Position numbers and translations under genes: made by a program
Source of the DNA: Octopus vulgaris
Taxonomy: Eukaryota
Assembly (NCBI GenBank): GCA_951406725.2
Contig: OX597815.1
Coordinates: 91,884,001 to 91,948,000, forward strand
Direction of reading: 5' to 3'
DNA: 64,000 nt
Notes under the pieces: model-generated
Told to the model about the DNA's origin: nothing
The model's database searches: none
The model's input: only the letters and a program-made list of their open reading frames with translations
Part shown: in pieces, positions 53,961 to 64,000 of the stretch
Position numbering within the stretch: position 1 is the stretch's first letter
Layout: each line of letters opens with the position of its first letter

Positions 53961-54071
53961 ATTTATTTTATGTATGTATATATATATATATATATATATA
54001 CATACATAAAATAAATTATTTTTTATACATCCAACCACGTGCTTTCACATACCTACTCTCTCACCTATATA

Positions 54072-54544
54072 TATATAGTATTATTAATATTTTACAAAAC
54101 AAGAGAGAAGATGGAGATAAGATAAATAAAAGTTTATTAACATTGACAAGACCAGACTTACAATTGTTTCAATTCATTACTCGTAGTATAAAAATTAACT
54201 GAATTTAACGAAGTTAATCTGGTTAATTACTACAATTTACAAATTTAATTTGGTTAATTGCTATGAGAATTTTACTAAATTTATTTGGTTAATTACTACA
54301 AGTGAGACCGAATTTAATTTGATTTAACTAAATTAATTTGGTTAATTACTACAAGTGAGAATATCTTACTTGTAGTAATTAACCAAATTAATTTAGTTAA
54401 ATTAAATAAAATTCTATTAATTTTTTATGCTACAAGTGATGGATTGAAACAATTGTAGGTCTGGTCTTGTTAATGTTAATAAACTTTTATTAATCCTATC
54501 TACATCTTCTCTCTTGTTTTGTATAATATTAATAATACTATATA
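54072..54544. repeat. Fold-back element between (TA)n tracts with an internal AT-rich minisatellite and half-hammerhead motif
   Basis: Outer arms of ~130 bp are reverse complements. Internal TTTGGTTAATTACTACAA repeats flip orientation at ~54362. GAAACAATTGTA lies at 54446-54457, with its complement at ~54158-54169. Confidence 0.85.
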
Positions 54545-54711
54545 TGTATGTGCCTGCTTTGTTAGGCATTCAACCAGTCTAATGGATATTTTTATCCCTC
54601 TGAGGTTTATATCTTCACTTGTACCTTGATCTATACATATATCTATATATGAATGTTATGTGTATATGTGTGTGTATGTGTGAATCTGTGTATATGTATA
54701 GGTGTATATGT

Positions 54712-55065
54712 ATGGGTGTGTAGTAAAAAGCTTACTTCCCAACTACATGGTCTTGGTTTCAGTCCCACTGCATGGCACCTTCAGTGAGTATCTTCTACTA
54801 CAGCCTTGTATCAACAAAAGCCTTGTGAATGGATTTGGTAGATGGAAACTAAAACAATTTGGTAGAGGGAAACTGTGTGTGTGTATTAGTTGCCCATGGC
54901 CACTTAAATGGTGTTGATTTGTTTATATCTTCATAACTAAGCAGCTCAGTAAAAAGAAGCTAGCAGAATAAGTACCAACCTCAAAAAGTAAGCACTGGAG
55001 TCAACTTAAGATGGTGCCCCAGCATGGCCATAGTCCACAAGATTGAAACAAATAAAGATAAAAGA
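54712..55065 (+). mobile_element. Diverged SINE
   Basis: Same head and tail motifs as 12265-12672. Confidence 0.7.
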
Positions 55066-55104
55066 TGTATGTATAAGCTAGGAGACAGGTTTATTTAGCC
55101 AGAG

Positions 55105-57400
55105 GGGAAGCAGATAAGAAAAAATTTGCCAATGTTCTGCGCCACGAGGATCAAAGACTTGAGGTACTTTGTGTTGCAAGACAGTGTGTGAGAGAGAATC
55201 ATGATGTTGTAGGAGAGAAATGTGTCCGCATGGATGATGGTTCACTTGCACTAAATGAGGCTGCAAAGAGGGAGGTTTGGAGACGCCACTATGAAAGGTT
55301 GCTCAATAAAGAAAATGAATGGGAGAAAGAGAGTCTGCCGAATGTCAATTCAAAAGAGGGACCAGCTATCCAAGTTGACAGTACCTTGCTAGATAAAGCA
55401 ATTAAGAGTATGAAGATAGGGAAATCCCCAGCCCATCAGGAATCACTGCAGAGATGCTCAAAATATCTGGCGGTGTCGGCTGTAACCTAGTCACCCGTAT
55501 AGTTAACCAGGTGATACATGAAGGAGTCATACCCAATGACTGGTGTAGCAGCATAATAGTCAACTGCTACAAAGGTAAAGGTGACACTTTAGATACAAAT
55601 AATTACAGAGGTATCAAGTTGTTGGATCAAGTAATGAAGGTCATGGAGAGGGTCATAGCCCAACTAATTAGGGAGAGAGTCAGTTTAAATGAGATGCAGT
55701 TTGGGTTCGTGCCATGGAAAAGCACCACTGATGCTATATTTCTGGTAAGACAGCTGCAGGAGAAATACATAGCCAAAGATAAACCTCTGTACCTGGCTTT
55801 CATTGACATGGAGAAAGCCTTTGACAGGGTCCTTCGATCCCTTATCTGGTGTTCAATGAGGAAACTAAGGATAGATGAATGTTTAGTGAGAGCTGTGCGA
55901 GCCATGTACAGGAATGCTGTCAATAAGGTGAGGGTTGGCAATGAGTACAGTGAAGAATTCCGGGTAGAGGTTGGGGTCCACCAAGGATCAGTAAAAGCTG
56001 TAAAACATGACATAAACAGCTGCAATGGAGACTATAGAGCTGTGGCTAACAGACACAGTAGACATCCCAACTGCATCTACATGCTGGAATTCATCCCCAC
56101 ATCTTTAAACAAGGTCTTAAGCTCAATTCAGACAGCTATGTGAAGCTGCCGAAGACTATGGTCAACCCTCCATTGAAGAGGGTTGCTGCTAGAAGGCTAT
56201 GTTTGTAGCACCAGAATCTGGTTCCTTCTCATACCTCCTTAAAGTGTTGGAACTGGTTGTCAGAGAATTTTAATGACTTCACCAAACCCCAGTTTTTGGC
56301 TTCCTAATTCCTCCAATTGTAATCCCATGAATTACTATGTGTGGTGTGCAGTTGAGAAAGACACCAACAGCTCTGCCTGCAACACCAAGGCTGAACTGGT
56401 GGACAAAATCAAGAATGTATTAAAAGATCTTCCCAGGGACACAGTTAAGGACACAAGTGCTTTGTTCCCAAAATATCTTGAGATTGTGGTGGAAATTGAG
56501 GGCAGATACTCGAAGTAAACTGCTTTTTCCTAGCCATAATTTAGTTGATATTTTTTGATTTTTTTAAATACTTTTATTTTTGGATGGGATATTGTTTTCT
56601 TTTCTCTTATGCAACATGTCAAATTAAGCCCAAACACCTTATGTGTGTGTATATTGTGTGTGTATGTGTGTGTGTTGGACATAAAAAGCATTGGATGTGG
56701 CGTGCAGAAGAGATGTTTGCATTGGTATGGTCATGTACTATGGATGGATGAGGAGAGATATGTGAAGAAGTGCCACTCCCAAACAGTTGAAGGAATCTAG
56801 GGTAGAGGTAGACCCAGGAAGACATGGGATGAGGTGGTCAAGCATGACCTTCGAACATTGGGCCTCACAGAGGCAATGACGAAAGACAGAGACCTCTGGA
56901 GATATGCTGTGACTGCGAAGACCCGACAAATGAACTGAGTTCATGGCTTACAGGACGGCCTGCTGTGCTTACCTTGGATTGTAGGGCAACCTGCTGTGCT
57001 TGAGGAGACCTATTGAGTCAAGTACATCAACATCAAAATAAAAATCAAATGGAAACTGTAGTTGTGATACCAGTACCAGTGGCATGTAAAAAGCACCAAA
57101 GCACCATCCAAACGTGATTGATGCCAGCGCCACCTTGACTGGCGTCCATGCCGGTGGCACGTAAATAGTACCAACCGATCGTGGCCGTTGCCAGCCTCCT
57201 CTGGCCCCTGTGCTGGTGGCATGTAAAAAGCTCCCACTACACTCACAGGGTGGTTGGCATTAGGAAAGGCTCCAGCTGTAGAGACACTGCCAGATCAGAC
57301 TGGAGCCTGGTGCAGCCTCCTGGCTTCCCAGACCCCGGTTGAACCGTCTAGCCCATGCTAGCATGGAAAACAGACGTTAAACAATGATGACGATGATGAT
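55105..57400 (+). mobile_element. RTE LINE: RT 5' part 55105-55990; C-terminus, 3' UTR and (GAT)n tail 56690-57400; interrupted and internally deleted
   Basis: YKGKGD...NYRGIKLL, QFGF, FIDMEKAFDRV and GVHQGS. The later part matches the RTE C-terminus at 42138-42371. Confidence 0.9.
55991..56642 (+). pseudogene. Tc1/mariner transposase remnant inside the RTE
   Basis: FWLPNSSNCNPMNYYVW...VEKDTN...CNTKAELV...LEIVVEIEG, a degenerate WPxxSPDxNP motif. Confidence 0.7.
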
Positions 57401-57414
57401 ATATATATATATAT

Positions 57415-57574
57415 AGGTGGCTATGTGGTAAGAAGCTTGCTTCCCAACCATGGTTCTAAGTTCAGTCCCACTGCGTGGCACCTTGGGCAAGTGTCTTGTA
57501 CTATAGCCTGAGGTCAACCAAAGCCTTGTGAGTGGATTTGGTAGGTGGAAACTGGAAGAAGCTCGTCATATGTC

Positions 57575-57635
<61 letters not shown>

Positions 57636-58042
57636 TGTGTTTGTTACCCACCATAATCACTTGACAACTAATGCTGGTGTGTTTATGTCCACATAATTTA
57701 ATGGTTTGGCAAAAGAGACCGATAGAATAAGTACTAGGCTTACAATGAATAAGTTTTGGGATCGATTACTTTACCTAAAACTCTTTAAGGTGGTGCTCCA
57801 GCATGGTCACTGTCAAATGACTGAAACAAGTAAAGGAATAAAAGAATATATATATACTGCTGCATATATTTTATCTTCTACTTGTTTCAGTCATTAGACC
57901 ATGGCCATACTGGAGCACCACATTGAAGCATTTTAGTTGAACAATTTTTTTTTTAAAGCTGCTACTTATTCTGTCAAACCAATAAGTTATGGAGATGTAA
58001 ACAAACCAACATCAGTTGTCAAGCAGTGACAAACACAAATAC

Positions 58043-58070
<28 letters not shown>
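57415..58070 (+). mobile_element. SINE (57415-57848) plus a tail-to-tail inverted partial SINE (57870-58070)
   Basis: ATGACTGAAACAAGTA at ~57817 versus TACTTGTTTCAGTCAT at ~57879. Confidence 0.8.
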
Positions 58071-58073
<3 letters not shown>

Positions 58074-58116
58074 CTTGGAAATGGATGTGTGGCATTCAAT
58101 TAAATAATATAAATAA

Positions 58117-58942
58117 CTAGCAGTATCGCCTGGCGTTGCTCGGGTTTGTAAGGGAAATAACTATATAAGCATTTTTAGAGAGTTACTTCCCTTATAGATG
58201 CCAATTCGGGCTTTCTTAGCCATTTCTGTTTGGTGTCTTCAAGCCATGAAGTCGTTGTTCTAAAAGAACGCTGGTCTCCTTGACAACGCATTACGACGTT
58301 GATTTCTTTACACTCCCTTCCCCACAGCTTCACGAGGGAGGGAAGGGGGAGAAGCAAACAGGTGCAGCTGTGAGCGTGGACGCCAACTCCGCCGCCATCG
58401 ACACACGAAAAATTATGCTTTAAAATGGAATAAAAAATAATGTTAAATTATTTTTAAAATCGTAGACTCATCGTAGATGCGCGCTAATACTCAGACGAGC
58501 TCGATATGAATCACGACTATAAGATACCCAAATTTGGTTAAACTGCACCGCAAAATGTGGGAGTAGTTAGGAATCTAAATCGAAGGGGACAGACACTCAC
58601 AACGCATTACGACGTTGATTTCTTTACACTCCCTTCCCCACAGCTTCACGAGGGAGGGAAGGGGGAGAAGCAAACAGGTGCAGCTGTGAGCGTGGACGCC
58701 AACTCCGCCGCCATTGACACACGAAGATTTTATGCATTAAAATGGAATAAAAAATGATGTTAAATTATTTTTAAAATCGTAGACTCATCGTTGACGCGCG
58801 CTAATAGTCAGACGGGCTCGATATGAATCACGACTATAAGATACCCGAATTTGGTTAAACTGCACCGAAAAATGTGGGAGGAGTTAGTAATCTAAATCGA
58901 AGGGGACAGACACTCACACAACTAGAGTTTTATATATATAGA
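58117..58942 (-). mobile_element. Non-autonomous Helitron with a ~310-bp internal tandem duplication
   Basis: Minus strand starts A|TCTATATAT and ends with hairpin CCCGAGCAACGCCAGG followed by CTAG|T. Segment ~58285-58600 is repeated at ~58600-58920. Confidence 0.8.
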
Positions 58943-58966
58943 TATATAAATGCTTATATATATATA

Positions 58967-59365
58967 CTAGCAGTATCACCCGGCGTTGCTCGGGTTTGTA
59001 AGGGAAATAACTATAAAGCATTTTTAGAGAGTTATAGCCAAAAAATAGCATAAAATGCATTAAAAATGGAAAAAAAATTATAGTAAATTTTTTTAAATCG
59101 TTGACTCATCGTAGACATTTTTAGAGAGTTACTTCCCTTATATAATAGCAAAAAAATGCATTAAAATGGAAAAAATCATGGTAAATTATTTTTAAAATCG
59201 TAGACTCATTGTAGACGCGCGCTAATACCCAGAAGGGCTCGATATGAATCACGACTATAAGATACCCGGTTTTGGTTACACTGCACCGCAAAATGTGGGA
59301 GTAGTTAGGAATCTAAATCGAAGGGGACAGACACTCACACAACTACAGTTTTATATATATATAGA
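58967..59365 (-). mobile_element. Second non-autonomous Helitron of the same family
   Basis: Same TC start, CCCGAGCAACGCCGGG hairpin and CTAG end. Confidence 0.8.
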
Positions 59366-59399
59366 TATATATATAGTCTTATGCTATATGCGGACATAT

Positions 59400-62300
59400 A
59401 TGTGCGTGCGCGAACGTTTGCGGGCAAAAGTGTGACTGCGCAAAACTGCGCAAAAGTGTGACTGCGCATGCGCGAACATGTGACTGCGCATGAACGAACG
59501 TGTAATTGCGAATGCGCGAATGTCTGACTGCGCCTGCGCGAAAGTGTGACTGCGCATGGGCGAACGTGTGACTGCGCATGTGCGAAAGTGTGACTGTGCA
59601 TGCGCGAACGTGTGACAGCGCATGCGAAAATGTGTGACTGCGCATGCGCAAACGTGTGACTGCGCATGCGCGAACGTGTGACTGCGAATGCGCGAACGTG
59701 TGTGCGCGCATGCGCAAACTTATGGCTGCGCATGCGCGAACGTTTGATTGCGCATGCGCAAAAGTGTGATTGCGCATGCGCAAACGTGTGACTGCGAATG
59801 CACCCACGTGTGGCTGCGCATGCGCGAACGTGTGACTGCGCATGCGCGAATTTTGACTGCGCATGCGCGGACGTATGAATGCGTGTGCGCGAACATTTGA
59901 CTGCGCATGCGCATGCGCGAATATGTGACTGCGCATGTGCGAATATCAGACTGCGCTTGGGCGAATGTGTGACTGTGCATGCGCGAATGTTTGACTGCGC
60001 ATGCGCGAACGTATGACTGCGCATGCGCGAACGTGTGCATGCACATGCGCGAACGTGTGCATGCGCATGCGCGAACGTGTGTGCGTTCATGTGCGAACGT
60101 GTGACTGCGCATGCGCAAACGTGTGACTGCGCATGCGCAAACGTGTGACTGTGCATGCGCGAACCTGTGACTGCACATGCGCGAACGTATGACTGCGCGT
60201 GCGCGAACTTTTGACTGCGCATGCGCGAATGTTTGCCTGCGTGTGCGCGAACGTATGACTGCGCATGCGCGAATATGTGACTGCGCATGCGTGAACATGA
60301 CACTGCGCATGCGCAAATGTTTGACTGCGCATGCGCGAATGTTTGACTGCGCATGCGCGAACGTATGACTGCTCATTCGCGAACGTGTGACTGCGCATGC
60401 GCGAACGTGTGCGTGCGCATGCGCGAACGTGTGTGCGCTCATGCGCGAACGTGTGACTGCGCATGTGCAAACGTGTGAGTGCGCATGCGCGAACGTGTGA
60501 CTGCACATGCGCGAATTTTCACTGCGCATGCGCGAACGTTTGACTGCGCATGCGCGAACGTGTCACTGCGCATGCGCGAATGTTTGCCTGCGCATGCGCG
60601 AACGTATGACTGCGCATGCGCGAATGTGTGACTGCGTATGCGCAAACGTGTGACTGCGCATGCGCGAACGTGTGACTGCGCACGCACGAATTTTCACTGC
60701 GCATGCGCGAACGTATGACTGCGCATGCGCGAACGTGTGACTGCGCATGCGCAAGTGTTTGCCTGCGCATGCGCGAACGTATGGCTGCGCCTGCGCGAAT
60801 GTGACTGCGCACATGCGCGAGTGTGTGACTGCGCATGCGCGAGTATGAGACTGCGCATGCGCAAATGTTTCACTGCGCATGCGCGAACGTGTGACTGCGC
60901 ATGCGCGAACGTGTGTATGCGCAAGCGCGAACGAGTGACTGCGCATGCGCAAAAGTTTGAATACGCATGCGCATACGTGTGACTCCGCATGCGCGAACGT
61001 GTGACTGCGCATGCGCGAACGTGTACGTGCGCATGCGCGAACGTTTGTGTGCGCATGCGCAAACGTGTGACTGCGCATGCGCGAACGTGTGACTGCGCAT
61101 GCGCGAATGTTTTACTGCGCATGCGCGAACGTATGACTGCGCATGCGTGAATGTGTGACTGCGCATGCACGAACATGAGACTGCGCATGCGCAAATGTTT
61201 GACTGCGCATGCGCGAACGTATGACTGCGCATGCGCGTATGCGTGACTGCGCATGCGCGAACGTATGACTGCGCATGCGCGAACGTGTGACTGCGCATGC
61301 GCGCACGATGCGCATGCGCGCACGAGTGACTGCGCATGCGCAAAAGTGTGATTGCGCATGCGCACACGTGAGACTGCGCATGCGCGAAAATGTGACTGGG
61401 CATGCGCGAACGTGTGTGCGCGCGTGCGCGAAAGTGTGATTGCGCATGCGCACACGTGTGAATGGGCATGCGCGAAAGTGAGACTGCGCACGCGCGCATG
61501 TTTGACTGCGCATGCGCGAACGTGTGACTGCGCATGTGCGAAAGTGTGACTGTGCATGCGCAAACGTGTGACAGCGCTGGCGAAAATGTGTGACTGCGCA
61601 TGCGCACACGTGTGACTGCGCATGCGCGAACGTGTGACTGCGCATGCGCGGACGTTTGATTGCGCATGCGCAAAAGTGTGATTGCGCATGCGCAAACGTG
61701 TGACTGCGCATGCGCAAACGTGTGACTGCGCATGCGCGAACGTGTGACTGCGCATGCGCAAACGTGTGACTGCGCATGCGCGAACGTGTGACTGCGCATG
61801 CGCGAGCGTATGACTGCGCATGCCAAAAGGTGTGTGCGCGCATGCGCGCACGAGTGACTGCGCATGCGCGAAAGTGTGACTGCGCATGCGCGATAGTGTG
61901 ACTGCGCATGCGCGATAGTGTGACTGCGCATGCGCGAACGTATGACTGCACGTGCGCGAACGTGTGTTTGCGAATGCGCGAATGTGTGTGCGCGCATGCG
62001 TGAAAGTGCAGTCAAACTTTCGCGCATGTGCAGTCACAGGTTCGCGCATGCGCAGTCACACTTTCGCGGACGCGCAGTCACACTTTCGGGCATGCGCAGT
62101 CACACTTTTGCGCATGCGTGCACACACATTCGCGCATGCGCACACACAAGTTCGCGCATGCGCAGTCAAACGTGCACGTACGCACATTCGCGCATGCGCA
62201 GTCACTCGTTCGCGCATGCGCGCGCAAACGTTCGCGCCATACGTTCGCGCATGCGCAGTCAAACATTCCCGCATGCGCAGTCACACGTTTGCGCATGCGC

Positions 62301-62482
62301 AGTCACACGTTTGCGCATGCCCAGTCACACGTTCGCGCATGCGCTGTCACACTACCGCGCATGCCCAGTCACTCGTTCGCGCATTCACGCACACACGTTC
62401 GCGCACGCGCAGTCATACGTTCGCGCATGCGCAATCACACGTTTGCGCATGCGCAATCACACTTTTGCGCATGCGCAGTCAT
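59400..62482. repeat. 22-bp CpG-rich satellite (consensus ACTGCGCATGCGCGAACGTGTG), about 140 units, inverted after ~62008
   Basis: Unit read directly from the sequence. The ORF track shows the matching 22-aa periodicity (3 units). Confidence 0.95.
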
Positions 62483-62668
62483 ATGTTAAATTATTTTTAA
62501 AATCGTAGACTCATCGTAGACGCGTACTAATAGCCAGACGGGCTCGATATTAATCACGACTATAAGATACCCGAATTTGGTTAAACTGCACCGCAAAATG
62601 TGGGAGGAGTTAGGAATCTAAATCGTAGGAGACAGACACTCACACAACTACAGTTTTATATATATAGA
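62483..62668 (-). mobile_element. 5' ~185 bp of a third Helitron copy, fused directly to the satellite
   Basis: Nearly identical to 58757-58942. Lacks the hairpin/CTAG end. Confidence 0.8.
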
Positions 62669-64000
62669 TATATATATATATATATGCACATATGGGTACA
62701 GGACGTCAGCAATTGTAAACAACATGAAGTACAAAAACAAGCAAGTTAAATACGCAAACAACTAGACAAAAAACATTGAAAACAGGACAAGTAACACAAA
62801 GAATGAGCCTTCATCAGTTGTCGGCTGTCTATCTACTTCTCATTTCGATCATTCAACAACAATATGTATAGGGCCTTATCTTACCACTTTGATCTACTCT
62901 TTTTCTCTTGTATCTTGTTTGTTTTTTAATCTCTCCTTGAATTTTTCCTTCTTTTCGAGTTTTCCTATTTCCAGATATTCTCTGTTCTAACATTCTTCTT
63001 TCTCTTTCTTTTCGTAGTTCTCTGCCTTTAAACTTTCCAGGGAAACAACTTAGATTAAATGTCCTAAGTTGCGTCCCTTATCCAACTGAATTTTTTTTTT
63101 AATATTATGTGTTGTTTAGTTATGTTTGCCATGAAGTATCCTATTACTGCTTAACTCTTATCAATTGCTTACTCTCAACAGAACGTAAGAGTTCTGAATG
63201 CATATATGGTACGGAACCGCTCCTTCAGATGTACACAAACATCCTAGAAGACATCCCCAAATCTATTTGATTGATAGGCAATGATTTACTTCTGTCGTAT
63301 TGTTGCTACAGTAGTCTCTACTCTCTGAACCAGCTATCCGCATATCCTCCTCTAACCGGATTTAATAAACTTTTTTAAATCCCTTCTTTCAATCTAGCTG
63401 TATCACATCTCATCAACACAGGTGGTGATCTTCAATATGACAGCGACATTTTTTGACTTGTTACCTTTTATATTAAACGTCCTTGCGAAAACATACTGTA
63501 TCACGTCATTACCACACCTCAGACCCCACACTAAACACTCCTTTTTCAAAAATATATCCCTCTGAAATTTTTTCCACATCCACACTTTTCCGCAAACATG
63601 AATTTGCCTATAGTTGTTTACAGTAAATACCAACCACAACAATATAAAAGGCTCTGCGAAAATTATGGGTACTGCTCCTTCTCTACTGCTCATTTTTTTT
63701 TTTTTTTTTTGTAGCTAATGGTAGAGCTTACAAAGGGAAACCGGACAACCCCTGGTGATAAGAATCACAGAATATCATAAAACAATAATAGATGTTGGAA
63801 GGAAATGTTAGAAACAGAAGAAAGTGTGTAATTCAAAAGAGAAAATGTTGATCGACGCAAGATCAGTGTTATTCTTACGTTCAAGGGAAGCAATACAGTA
63901 TATTCTTTACAAGGGAGGTAATTTGTCAGAGAGTACTTCCTTCCTCACTTCAATGCAAATTTGGCTATAGAATAGTGATATTCGAGAATTCTCAGAGGAC

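Noticed and set aside
59400-62482. CRISPR-like regular repeat
   Set aside because: No unique spacers, no cas genes, and a eukaryotic context.
59335-62508. Long ORFs (up to 451 aa) with RMRSHTFAHAQSHVRACAVT repeats
   Set aside because: They arise in all three frames from a stop-free 22-bp satellite; there is no coding evidence.
62860-64000. Possible Penelope N-terminal region (96-aa ORF 63403-63693)
   Set aside because: No RT or endonuclease motif visible, so it cannot be assigned.

Overview
AT-rich, microsatellite-dense eukaryotic intergenic or intronic DNA. The SINE and LINE families resemble those of octopus (inferred from the repeats, not proven). No host protein-coding gene can be supported. 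The window is a nested graveyard of transposons: tRNA-derived SINEs, R4/Dong-, CR1-, RTE- and Penelope-type retroelements, Tc1/mariner relics, MITEs, Helitrons and two probable solo LTRs. A 5.9-kb segment is duplicated across a 100-N gap, probably an assembly artefact. The most notable items are: (1) a 2.04-kb TSD-bounded L1/Tx1-type element carrying only ORF1 and no ORF2, inserted into a SINE head; (2) several Penelope-associated minimal hammerhead ribozyme motifs lying in fold-back inverted repeats, mostly at (TA)n tracts, including a ~560-bp near-perfect palindrome; (3) a ~3.1-kb CpG-rich 22-bp satellite built from NRF1-type TGCGCATGCGC palindromes, with an internal inversion, fused to non-autonomous Helitrons.
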